From Adineta vaga (lineage: Eukaryota; Animalia; Rotifera): 64,000 nt of DNA. The notes beneath the pieces were generated by a model. That model was not told where the DNA came from and did no database searches. It was given only the letters and a program-made list of their open reading frames with translations. The translations under genes and the position numbers were made by a program. The DNA lies in NCBI GenBank assembly GCA_021613535.1, contig CP075492.1, positions 13,330,001 to 13,394,000 on the forward strand, read 5' to 3'. Shown piece by piece: positions 11,554-24,697 of this stretch. How positions within the stretch are numbered: position 1 is the first letter of the stretch; every line of letters begins with the position of its first letter.

Positions 11554-12032
11554 TTACATTACAAAACGAGAGAAACGAATCATCAGAAATATTACAACAT
11601 GAACAAGAGATGATGATGATAGAATATGACTTCGATTACAAAGATTATGTTGACAACAAAAAACACGTACATTATTCGACGATTCTGCTATGCAATTTCG
11701 AGTAAAACCTTTACTCACAAGAAGACGATTTGATCCTGTCATGTAAACTACTGTTTTCTATACAAAATAAAAATCAAATTATTCGGCAAATATATCGAAA
11801 TCAAACTACCATGCAATAACCAACGTCCGGTGGTGTTATAGTAATTTGAGTAGGAACATAAAAGAATGGTTCAGGACAATCACTGCATGAATAACATTGA
11901 ACATATCGACTACCGTAAGAAGACCATGATTGACTATTCACTTCTACAACAAAATATGAATTTCTAATCAGATAGATTAAATTCAGATATCAAACCTGTG
12001 AATAGTAAAATCAGCAATGATACAACCAGCAT
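11554..12032 (-). CDS. Ly6/uPAR three-finger, probably GPI-anchored protein (3 exons)
   Basis: Signal MLVVSLLILLF, CYSCSDC, terminal CCQHNLCN, then a hydrophobic tail. Confidence 0.8.
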
Positions 12033-12457
12033 TACCGTCACAAATGAAAACAGTTGAAATTATGTCAAAATCAAAAAGACTAATATTTATTTATACATAT
12101 CAATTCATTTCTGTGTTCTATTTTGTTTTTAAATAACTATGTAATTTGTTAAATCAAATATTTGACTACCTCGAAGAAAACTAATACATTTGTTTCTTTA
12201 CAATTATGATATTTTCGTCAAATATTAAAATTATGTCAATTATCAAGGCTTGATTATTTTCAAGAACGAATTAACCTCTTTTTGAAATGTTCGTGTCATC
12301 GTTTTATATCTTTATTTACTTTCATTCGTTTCGTAAAAAAGGAAGATAAGAAGAAGAAGAAAAAAAACGAAACATCATCATGTTAAGAATTTGTGCTACT
12401 ATCGTCATGTTATCATAATGATAAATAGAAATTCTTTTCGTCAAATTCACTACCGAC

Positions 12458-13434
12458 ATGAAGTCGATTATTATTCTGACGATCGTATTATTCGTTCTAT
12501 TTGAAAGATATCAAACGACAGAATTATGTCCAACATCACAACTTCGTTGTATGGACGAAAATCGAATAAATTGTAATGATTCGTCATTATCTCCAAGTGA
12601 TTTTCATTGCTGTGATGGTTTGAAATGTGTTCCAGCATTTATTCAAAAAACGGATACACAAGATGAATACAATACAACGATGTGTGTTTCGTCTTCATCG
12701 AAACAACATCGATCGAAAATACATAATCCACCAGTAAAAACTCCACCAATTATGGCAACATCATGGTCAGCAGCAACTACCTATTATAATATGTCGAATG
12801 GTGATACTGGCTGGGGTTATTTTTGGTATGATGCAACTCATCAAGCTATCCGTACAGATTTCTATCCGACGTGTCCATTTTTGCAAATGTACGATGCCGG
12901 TCTCGATGCAAATTATATTCCATGTAGTGTACTCTTTTATGAAGGACAAAATTATTACGTTTATCCATCAACACAAACTTGTTGTAATTATACCTTTCCA
13001 GCTTGGCAACCTAATTGGTTATGTCAAAGTAATGCAACATATAATGGAACAGTTCTAATTGATGGACAAATGTCAGACTTTTGGACAGTTGAATGGGTAT
13101 GTTTGATCTGAGGAGTTATCATCCAAAAACATTTGTTTTTTAGTTTACGAATTTCACTGGTGAAGGATCAGTACGAAATATTCGTAATATGTATACTCAA
13201 GTTGATTCAAATGTTCCTGTTCGTTTTCGAGAAGATCTTGATACAGGTTATCTTGATTTTCATGATTATGTTGCAGGTCCTATTGATCAAACTATCTTTA
13301 CATCCATCATCGATGCCTATCAGCCATGTCATCAAGGACACGGTCATGCTGGTACAACTGATAAGACCTGCACTCGATATAATTCTCAAACATTACGTCG
13401 TTCATGGCCTTGTGATAATCCAACATGTTCATGA
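12458..13434 (+). CDS. Secreted Cys-rich protein: N-terminal knottin-like module plus ependymin/LolA-like beta domain; exons 12458..13096 and 13144..13434
   Basis: Signal peptide; C-x5-C...CCDGLKC; GYFWYD, TCC, PNWL and ATYNGT pattern. The intron joins in frame to the 13189 ORF. Confidence 0.6.
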
Positions 13435-13514
13435 TAGAAATATATTTTTGCTATATTAAAGTTCATATTTTCAAATAAATCTTATGCAACATCCTTCTTC
13501 TTAGCTTTCAATGT

Positions 13515-14742
13515 CTAATGATGACTGGTCTCATGCATCTTTGTTGCATTTTTCAAAGTAACTGTTGCAACACTTTGTTGAAAGGGATGAACACGAAATG
13601 TACGCGACATTGTTCGATTTTCATTATGATGTCGTAATCTCTGTGACCATTGTCGAGGTAAAATGATTGTTATTAATTCTCGACGAAAACTTGGTGCAGT
13701 AAGTGTATACACAAAAAATGACCACTAGTATTACATAATCATTTTAGATAAATTTTGTTAAAGTAAAACTAATCTTACCCCATTATAACAATAGTAGAAG
13801 AAACTGGCAAGTAGTGTACTTAAGAACGATTCAATAGCAGTTCTATATGATGATCTACTTGATGCTGGAATATTCTCCGTTATTTTCCCGTACAGAATAA
13901 TACTAACATAGGGGACATTGGTTACCAGATAAAGAACGACTTGTGCAATCAGCATACCCGAGAGCTGAATATCTTTACCAACCACACCTATCTAAATAGA
14001 AGAAACATTCATCTTTGATATAGTTCCAAGGAATTGAACGAACTGTATAAACAAAAAATTAATATAAAGCACAAATACTTACTTTTTCTCGTCCTACTCG
14101 TTTAGCATTTGCTTTCAATCTTCGTACTGTTAACCAACTCAATACACTCATTGATAATGTTGGAATTGTAAAGGTAAACAAATAAAAACTGATTGTTTCA
14201 TATATACTGGCAGCATCAGTCGTGACCATACACGGAAGAACCCCTTTTACTGGTCCATATGATATTAATACGTAAATTGCTAGGCATGCACTAACAAAAG
14301 TAGCTAACAGTACCACTTTCTTCGCTACATTTGCTCGACAAAGATTCCGTTGACGAACTGATGTTGAACATAGACAATATCGATCTAAACAAGCGAGCAC
14401 AATAAATGCACGACTTGAATATTGAGCAAGATTAATCATAAAGAAACGAAGCTTGCAATATAAAACATTGTAAGAAGCTGGATTATTATTGGTCATGAAT
14501 GCCAACATACTCGCTAATACACCCCAACATAGACAAAACAAATTTGCCCATGAACTTGCATGAAAATAGATTGCACATGAGTTTTGTTTCATTGTTGGTC
14601 GAAGAAAGATGGCAATATTTAGAATACATCCAATGATTCCGATCGAAAATAAAAGTGGCTGTCCATATCGTTGTATACCAGCACGAGCAATATTTAAATT
14701 AACAATCATTGGATCGATGGTAGTCGTCGATATGTTACTCAT
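13515..14742 (-). CDS. Orphan class A (rhodopsin-like) GPCR, copy 1 (3 exons)
   Basis: TM1 GxxGxxLN, CKLR, DRY (LACLDRY), TM7/H8 FVYTLTAPSFRRE. Confidence 0.85.
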
Positions 14743-16099
14743 ATTTAATGATACTAGTTAGAATAGAAAAGAAAAGAACAAATGCCATGAAAGAGAGTAT
14801 TTGTATATCTTTAAATATATCTTCATTTGAATGTATATCATTCTTTTCTTCAGATCTTTCAATCGGAAATATCATAAGAATAATCTGTTATATAAATGTC
14901 ATGAATCGTTATACATGGTTGAACTACTTTTTAATAAATTACAGAAAGATTTTCAGCTTAATTTGCATATCTAATTCAAACTTTTTCAAAGATATTTTGA
15001 TGTAGTAAATAAAAATAATGAATGCATTTTTTTAAATCTCAAATAGTTTTTGCATTGGTGATGTATGTTCTTTTTTAGAAGCAATGCCTTGAATAATCAT
15101 CTATTCAACTGAAGTTTTTTTTCAAATTATTATTTTATGCACTGTCATTTATAAAACGGAGAAAAAACGGTCATGATTTATTTCAGTAGTGATAGCAATA
15201 TTTTTCAAGCAGAAGTCTGTTATGAGAATCGTATGCCAAATGCATTGAAGTATATTTAGACTTTTCGAACGCAACACCTCCCTTCATATTCCAACACAAT
15301 GACACCAAAAACTTCTGTAAAGGTTCCATAAAGAAGGAGACTAATATATAACATATTTGTGATGAAGTAAATAACTACTTATACCATCAGCATCGTAAAC
15401 AGTTGAGTGTCTTTGCCAGCGACACACATCTGAATAGAAGAAGAAATGAATTTGCTCAGAGTGGATTGTGAATTTATGAGTTACTGTATTTATAACAATA
15501 TCATGAAAGCTATTTCGATTGCTATATAACTCGAGTATTCATTGTGTGCGTTTTTCAATGATAGATTAAACGATGTGGTCAAAAGCACAATATAGTGTAT
15601 CCACCCATACCCGCATCCACACCCTCAATACATCCCAACTTATATTCACGCAGATTCAATCATCTGTGTGTTACCGTGCTGTCATTATCATCGAACTGAG
15701 CGGATAAAAACAGCAGTTCAATGTAAAAACATCATGCTTTTATCTTTTATATATAATATTTAACTCATAAATATTCATATCTATGTCATCATATGCACGT
15801 TGGAATTCATAATTATGAGAGTTCATTTGCGTCCATTAAAGAAATAAGTCATTCATTTGTGAATTGGATATTTCGAGAACAAAATATATGATACAGTGAA
15901 AATAGATATTATCCTCAATTTCTATGAAAATTTCAAAATTACGTCGTCATTTTGATGAGAACATTTATCTATGCCGATAAAAATTGTAATGATAATAAAA
16001 ATAATAATAGTTATTAGATACTTTTATAACGATTCAATTATTTCTCGGTATAATACGATTATTCGATTCAACTAAATATGAAGAAAGACCACTGAAATT

Positions 16100-17148
16100 T
16101 TACAATTAGATTTTAGTAGCTCAAGTAATCTACTAACCACATCAGAACAATAATAGAAGAAACTTGCCAAAAGTGTATTTAAAAAAGATTCGATTACCAT
16201 TTTAAATGATGATTTATTTGTTACTAGTACACTTTGAATATAATGTTGCATAAAGTACGCAACTAACGTATGGTAGATTTGTCACTAGATAACGAAGAAC
16301 TTGAACAATACACATTCCAATTAAATACATATCTTTGCCAGCAATACATTATTTAGTGGTAACATTTTTTTACATATAAGAAAGATTCCGTCACATTTCT
16401 TCACTGCACTCATTTGTAGATCTTATTTCTGATGCATATTAAAACATTCAGTCTAGATAATGCTACGTATCTGTCACACTATCTATTTCAAGAAATAAAA
16501 CCACTGATAAATCGTAGTTTTAATTTCAATTAGTACTGTGTTTTTACTACAAAAGTAAATCAAATAAATAGTTAAACTAAATTCCATAATTTCACAAGCA
16601 TACAGTCACCTGGAAACATGCTTCTTACCTTATCACATCCTACTTGTTTGGCATTTTGTCGTAATCGTCTCATTATCAACTAACTAGATCTGCTCATCGA
16701 TGATATTTGCATTATAAATGTAAAACAAGAAAAACTAATTGTCTCATAAATACTACTAACTTCTGTTGCCTCCGAACATGGAAAAATTCCTATTGTAAGA
16801 CTATGTTATCAAGACGTAAACTGCGAAACATGCACTAACAAAAGTAGCCAATACGACTACTTTTCTTGCTATATTTGTTTGACAAAGATTTCGTTGACCA
16901 ACTGATATTTAGCAAAATTGATCATAAAGAAACGAAGCTTGCAATAAAAGACATTATAAGAAGCGGTTTATTAATTATTGGTCATGCATTTTTCTCATCG
17001 CTGATCGAACAAAGATATTCATATTTAGAATACATCCAATGATTTCAACTCCAAATAGACGTGGTTGACTTTATGGTTGAATACCAGCACGAGTAATATT
17101 TAAATTTACAACAGATCGATCAATGATAGTTGTCGATATGTCACTCAC
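16100..17148 (-). pseudogene. GPCR pseudogene, middle copy of the tandem triplet
   Basis: Colinear with both neighbours (e.g. TATTGCAAGCTTCGTTTCTTTATGATCAAT), but the start codon is GTG and there are deletions, frameshifts and a TGG>TAG stop. No long ORF. Confidence 0.8.
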
Positions 17149-17748
17149 ACTGATTCAAATAGATTCAAATAGAGAACTAAGAATGAAGAATCAATGTATC
17201 TGTAGCATAGAAAAGATTTCATGAGGAAATGAAACACTGTTACAGGTTCTCAGATATATCCACGCATTTTTATGTGTAAAAATGACTTATATTTTATAAA
17301 CCAGTAACAAACAGTGTTTATTATATGACTATTGTGAAAAGAGTACCTAACTGATACAACTCAATCTTACATGTGGCAAAATTAAATAAGGGAAAAGATG
17401 CATTTCACAATAGTTGTAATATTAGTAAAGCTTCAATTGGAACGATTGTAAGTTATTCAGAAACATCCTTTGTTCTCCATACATGATTTAGAAGTGGATC
17501 AGAAACAGAAACGATATATTTATTAATAACTTTCTTTTTTGTCTTTTGGCGTACATAAGATATATTTTGAAGAGATTTTCTAGAAAAAATAACTTTTTGT
17601 GAATGTTAATTAATTCGACTTACTCATTCTATACAACAGTAGAAAACGAAGAGGAAAAATATTTTATATTAATCTATTTATTCTCTGCATACAGAACATT
17701 TCATCGTTAGCATTTAATTATATCAAGTTTCAACTATTGTTTTGAAAT

Positions 17749-18967
17749 CTAATGATTGATTGTTTCGGCTACTCTTGTTATTTTTCGTTGACCAATGATT
17801 ACCGTACTATAATTTAATGGATGAACACGATTTTTAAGACTCAATGTCAGATTTGCGTTATTCTGTTGTATTTTTCGTAACCATTGTTTTGGCAGAATCA
17901 TCATCAACAATTCACGACGAAAACTTGGTGCAGTTAGTGTATAAACAAAAAAAGACCACTAGAATTGAACAATCATATTGAAGACAATAAGTATATAGTA
18001 AAACTATATACTTACTCCATTGAATACATAGTAGAAAAAACTTGCTAGAAGCGTATTGAGAAATGATTCGACTGCAATACGATAGGATGATTTACTTGAG
18101 TTAGGTATGTTTTCAGTTATTTTGCCATAAAGTAGGAGACTGATGTATGGTACATTTGTTACGAGATAAAGAAGGACTTGTGCAATCAACATAGCTGATA
18201 ATTGAATATCCTTACCAGCTATACATATCTATACAGAAAAAAATAGACTAAAATTAACAATGTTCTATAGAACTAACCAAATCAACGGATAACTAGAGAA
18301 GGCTTACTTTTTCACGTCCGATCCGTTTAGCATTGCTCTTCAATCGTCTAATAGTTAACCAACTTAATGTACTCATTGATAATGTTGGAATTGTAAAGGT
18401 AAACAAATAAAAACTGATTGTTTCATATATACCGGCGGCTTCTGTCGTCACCATACACGGAAGAGCCCCTTTTACTGGTCCATATGATATTAATATGTAA
18501 ATTGCAAGGCATGCACTAACAAAAGTAGCTAAACCTGCCACTTTTTTTGCAACATTTGTTTGACAAAGGTTTCGTTGACGAACTGATGGTGAACAAATAA
18601 GATATCGATCTAAACAAGCGAGTACAATAAATGCACGACTTGAATATTGAGCAAAATTAATCATAAAGAAACGAAGCTTGCAATATAAAACATTGTAAGA
18701 AGCTGGATTATTATTGGTCATGAATGCCAACATACTCGCTAATACACCCCAACATAGACAAAACAAATTTGCCCACGAACTTGCATGAAAATAGATTGCA
18801 CATGAATTTTTTCTCATTGCTGGTCGAAGAAAGATGGCAATATTTAGAATACATCCAATAATTCCGATAGCGAAAAGAAGTGATTGACCATATCGTTGAA
18901 TATTAGCACGAGCATTATTTATATTGACAATAGCAGAATCAATAGTAGTTGTCGATATATTGTTCAT
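17749..18967 (-). CDS. Orphan class A GPCR, copy 3 (3 exons)
   Basis: Close paralog of 13515..14742 with the same intron positions and intact frame. Confidence 0.85.
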
Positions 18968-20587
18968 ATTGAGACGTTTAATTGTGCAAAAATAAACTAA
19001 TAGGTAAGCTTTAAAAATATTGAAAGAGAAAAAATTGCGTTGTAGAAAAATGTTAGCATAATATCCTGTATGTTAAGATGATACTATCTGTTTGTAACAT
19101 CATAATGAAGAAAGAAGAGATTTTACAGACAAAGCCAGGTTTAATTAACAACTAGTCTGTTTTTAACATGTGTAATTTCATCTTCGTAAAATGAAAAAAT
19201 CTCTTTTTAATATGATACATTCTCTAACATGTTTAAGAACAAAAAACAAAAGTACATTTCATTTTAAATATTGCTTTTCTAAAGAACACAAAGCTCAGAA
19301 TGAAAGTTTTTAGAGGAAGTACGACAATTAATGTTGAAAATCCATGGTTTATCTGTCAGACAGTCCCGCCATTCATTAAAAAAAAAGTCCCTGAACAAGA
19401 GTTCTCTAAAGAATAAAAGTCACTCCCACATAAATAATGTTCTTTTATTTCTTTGATTTAATGATGGTATTGTAAAAGCAACAGAGCTATGAGTGTCATC
19501 AATAAAAAGAAAAGAATCATAGTTGAAAAGTTATTTTTAATCGATGATATGAGGTGACAGACTTGACCCGCTGTTGTTCAATCTATTTAAATCTTCATTA
19601 ACATCTCAACTATTCAATGTACCTTTTTTTTCCTCTTTTCAAAAGATGCACAAATATCAATCGGGTCATTAACCTCATTCTCATTCGTCGTTGAATATCA
19701 TGCAGATTATGTCATTGATTTACATAGATCGAATAAAATAAGAAAAACATCCGTATTGAAAACATGTCTTATCTTCTTCATCGTTGTTATTCTTTTTCCT
19801 TGTACGAAAATGAATTGAACTATTTCAAAAAGATTACACCGACAAAATAAAAACGAACGTGAAAGAGATTTTTCGACAGCAAGATTAATGAATGTTCTCT
19901 CATCTTTTTCATGTTCTTCACAAATAAATTTGTATTGTACAAAACAAGAAGATTAATCGTTCTCTTCCCCTATAACGAATACAAAAACGAAAATGTACGA
20001 TATGGAAATTAATAAACATTCATGAATGAAATCAAATCATTGACGATTATGTCATGTTTTACAATTAAATGAACCTTGAAAACAATGTGATATTTCGTAG
20101 TCTTAGAATTCAATATGATTGTAATTCACAAATGTTTCTTTTTTTCTTCTCCTCTCTATAGTTCGTTTGTGTACATGATCAGCCTTGTTTCTGCTTCTCA
20201 TTTTTCTTTTCTTTTCTTTTCTTCTTTCAACCAATGAAGAAAAAATGTCGAGAGAGAAAGTTATTGATTGGTTCCAGCAGTTGTACTGATGGAAAGTAGA
20301 GAAAAAGAAAAAAAAGTCGTTCTCGTATTTTTTATGGTATCCATTAAGTGATTTAATGGCTCATTTTCTGTCATAAGATTTTGCTTTCATCGGTTTATCG
20401 TTCGATCTTGTCGAAGGTATTTCTTAATCATTAATTATATTTTATTCGAAATTCTCTTCGATCCAATTGAGTATCATCATTAAGGGAAGAGAAAAAGAAA
20501 GAAAGAAAGAAAGAAAAGGAGAACGAGAAACGAAGAGAGAGAGAAACGATTATCTTTTGATTTGATCGTTCCATCAAGAGAAGAAAG

Positions 20588-22429
20588 ATGAGTTCTCTAC
20601 ATTCAATGAACAATCATTATAATTATGATGGTACAAATACGAATTATTCGAATCGACAACAGTTGTCTGATAATCATGTTAATGTAAATAATTCATCATG
20701 TCTTCTCCAGTCTCCTTTGCATGATTATTACGGACAAGAATCTTTTCATCCAACATCAACAAGACATATTCCAATTTATAATAATCATCTTTATCAAGAT
20801 AATCCTAATCAATTTTATCGATATAATGTACTTTCAACAACATCAACGACTCAACCAAAGTAAATTAATTTATTGATATATCATAGTAATGAAAGAGAAA
20901 AACTTTCTTATTCTAGTAGTTCGTGTGTATATACTTGTCAAAATGGTTTACTTGCAAATTATTCCGAAGAAAATCCTGTTTCAATTCCTCCAAATGGAGT
21001 CTCACAAACAGATATGGTATCATCTATTCATTCAATGCCTCTTGATCTTTATGGTTTGTCGATAACACCTCCTCCTCCTCCTTCAGCAGGTGGATGTACA
21101 TCTTCACCTCAGCCACCGCCACCACCACCACCTCCTTCATCAATCCAATCAGCGAATAATTTAACATCTCCATCGGATCCAAATACATCATCATTAAATA
21201 AACAAGAAGGAACTTCTCCTGTAATTTATCCATGGATGCGCAAGGTCCATATCAATAATCCAGGTTAGATTATATATTCATCATCATTTAAATATATCTG
21301 ATCTATGTTGTTTATTTAACACTTGAGTGAGTGAGATATCACCTTATGTACTTTTAACGACTTTTGCAAATATCAACAAAATGAAAATGTCAAATGTTCC
21401 TTTTTCTTCTCAGCTTGACTCAACGAAACAAGAAGAAAATAGAGACGAGTATCGAATTCCCTTTAGAACAAAAAATCTAACCTTTGCCATTTGAAGAAAT
21501 GAAGGAAAAAAATACTACATCGTCTAAACATGAAACTTCATTTATCATAAGTTTGACTAGAAAATGAACATGATAATCTTATCATTCGATGACTACGTGA
21601 CCTAACTATAAAAAGATAAATGTTATTTCAATGTCGACAGTTATTATTCCAGACTGTCATTCTCGACATGCAATGTTCTGTAACATCGAAGTAAAAGAAA
21701 AGAATATAAAAACTCTGCCGTTTTGACCATCTGCTTTACCAGACAGTTGAACTCGAATACAGATAGACGATTATCGATATTTGTTTGTTAACCAGCAGAC
21801 CTCAACGAAAGACGAATAAAATACCGTAATAGATTGAAACAAATGTAACATGATTTCCGATAAATTATCTATTTCAATTTTAATCTAGTCATTAATTATA
21901 CAAATGGAGAAACGAAACGAGCTCGTACGGCATATACTCGTCATCAAGTTTTAGGTAAAAAAGATTTCCATATGACGTTTCTTTCTCGAATTAAACTTTA
22001 TTTGATTGAAATAGAATTAGAAAAAGAATTTCATTCATCGAAATATTTAACTCGTCGAAGACGTATTGAAATTGCTCATTCACTTGTGCTTACGGAACGG
22101 TAAATATAACTAAATACTTCATTGAATTTGTATCTGATTGATTTCTTTTTGTTCTAGACAAATTAAAATTTGGTTTCAAAATAGGTTTGTATCTACTTTA
22201 TCTATTTTTCGTTTGAAGAGAACGTTTGTTTTTTTTTCGTAGAAGAATGAAATGGAAGAAAGATCATAAATTACCAAATACAAAATCGAAATTACCGGAA
22301 ACATTACCAGCCGCAACAACATCATCTCCTCGTGTTATAAAGAAAGAAGAACAAGAACGTGAACTTGATCCAATGCTTTTGAATGATTATATTAAAGAAG
22401 AATCATTCTCATCTGAATCATCGAATTGA
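20588..22429 (+). CDS. Hox4: Hox4/Deformed homeodomain protein; exons 20588..20859, 20917..21263, 21889..21954, 22015..22099, 22158..22184, 22243..22429
   Basis: Hexapeptide [10 protein letters not shown]; homeodomain [59 protein letters not shown], followed by the PG4-diagnostic KLPNTK. Confidence 0.93.
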
Positions 22430-23036
22430 ATGTTTTTCTTCCATAGATTTATTTGCCAAGAGCCAAATTATTGAATCTCATTTAAAACACAAACATATAT
22501 ACACATGATAAATGACAAATTGATCTTCCTTCATGTTTTCGTTAGATAGAAATTGTATTTGTGAATAAAACATACGGTGTGACATTTAATATTTTTCGTC
22601 CAACTGAATCGCATTTGATCAACGAGAGAAAACGAATCATTAATAATCTTTCTTTCTTTCTTTCCCTCTTTTCTATTGACGAGCGAATGTAACAACGTAT
22701 GTTTATAAGCGGCAAAAGATCATTTGTCTTCTTTGCCCGAACGGAGATTATAATGAGTTTTTCTTTTACTTGTTCGAGACATGCGAACGTACATGAACTC
22801 ATTTATCTAAATAGTCTTCATTGCTGTTACTCTCTTTCTCTCCAACCAATATAATCATTAGTCATTCAAGACAATGCTCGACTCATACATACATATGACA
22901 TCTTTTGCTATTTTCAACACGCAAATGGAAATTGATCAAATTTTTGTTTGGAAGAAATTTTGATTACTGAAAAAGAAAACATATCCAATTGATTCTGATA
23001 TTATTGACACAAAAAACAACTTCGTTTTATAGTTGA

Positions 23037-23900
23037 TTTAGAATGTTTTCACATATTATTATTTTAAATTTCTCAAAATAAACGTGATGCGCAACTAGTT
23101 ATTTCAGATATATCTAACTGGTAATTTTCATACATATTCATAATTGATCGTGCAACAATAGGTAAGGAAGGCATTGCAAAGAATGGTTATAATACTGGTA
23201 CCATAGATGGAAGATATAATAAATATGTTTCTTATAAATCGATTAACTTTGACGTTTCAGATAAAGTGTAGAGAATGCCATTAATTGTCATAGGAAATCA
23301 AAAGATAGTGTAAAGAATTGCAACAATTAGAAGTTGTAAAACTAATCGACCTTGTCGATGACGTTTTTGCCAATATACTCGAACTATCAATACTATAGTC
23401 GTCAACATAATCAAAATTATTGGTAGTACAATATTAATCAAGAAATCAAATAACGCAAGCGTTGGTCGAGTACTTAGATAACAGGATTTGTAAACATATG
23501 AACTATGATTACATATCACAAGTCAATTCTTTTCTTCGAAAGAAACAAATGCACGACTTACTGTAGTATAATCCCATTCATTTTCACATGAATTCACTAT
23601 TATAGCAGAAAAATAGAATAGAAATGGATATAGAACATAGATGATCATTGGTAAAATATGAAATAGGATTCGTTTTCGTCTTGTTAACATGATTGAATTA
23701 TGAAAAACAATTAAATGACGATCGATTGAACCTCAAGCCATTATGGATATGAGTATATCACATCATGAATAATCCCGCCAATTTCACCATAAACAAAAAT
23801 TATTTGCTGCTGGAATCACTTCTTCATAATGATAATAGATCAATACAAATGGCAAATCTGTTGTGATTTGTATGAGACTATAAATACTGTTAACAGAAGC
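23037..23900 (-). pseudogene. Class A GPCR pseudogene
   Basis: Remnants CLW*NW, MA*GSIDRHLIVF, CENEWDY and YTIF*FP, with several TGA stops and a frameshift after the intron. Confidence 0.75.
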
Positions 23901-24697
23901 GTAAGATGTTGATGATAAAAATAAATAACGGATGTGGAATACTTGGAATGACTAGAAGCCAAGATATGTCATCATTGGTCATAGTTTCAAATGTGTTGTC
24001 GCCATCCAAAAAAAAGTACAGTTTTCATACAGATAATATATCTGAGACTGATGAGGAAAAGAAAAGAATCGTATTCGTTTTAAATAAGTCTTCAATTTCA
24101 TGTGGAAGTAAAGCATTATGACATATCAATTACAATAGGGAAAGAATGCCGTATAATCAAGTGTTACCATTCAGTATTGACGATAAACACACTTTGAAAA
24201 ATCCATTCTCTTGAATACGAAATTTACAAAATCTTTAAAAATCTTCCACAATGAATAGTTGCTCTTAATAAAAATGATGAGGATATTTTCACATCGACGA
24301 GAGTTATAATCGAAATGTACGTCTCTGTTCGACATGTAACAGTTTAGAAAAAAAAACATATTTACATGTTAGAAAGGTATCCCTTCGATTGAGTTTAATG
24401 ATTATAGGCTTTCAAATAATTCTTTGTTTTCGAGAGATTTAATATTTTATTTCTCTCATGTGTTTTTGCGTATATCATGTCTTCAATGTTACACTTCATA
24501 ACATTGCTATGAACTTCGAACTAAAACGAGTCTAAAATCTATTTTTTAATTTTAATTACAATGATTAAAACATATAAACTCTTTAAAAACACAATAGATC
24601 TATTAGCGATAAAGAATGTTTCAAAGCAAAGTAAAATAAGTTTACAAACAGAAAACATATGTTCATCATTCTTGAAAATTTATTCGACAAGAATCAT

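Noticed and set aside
15230-15720. Slightly GC-richer patch between GPCR copies, also seen at about 6390-6700 and 33900-34180
   Set aside because: No ORF, terminal repeats or recognisable motif; cannot support a transposon or gene call.
19000-23000. miR-10 expected near Hox4
   Set aside because: No match to the miR-10 mature sequence found by eye; a covariance-model search would be needed.
23298-23786. Three TGA codons at expected Trp positions in the GPCR relic, suggesting UGA=Trp recoding
   Set aside because: The same relic has a frameshift and a non-Trp stop, TGA terminates intact neighbouring genes, and TGG is the codon most prone to nonsense mutation under AT-biased mutation.
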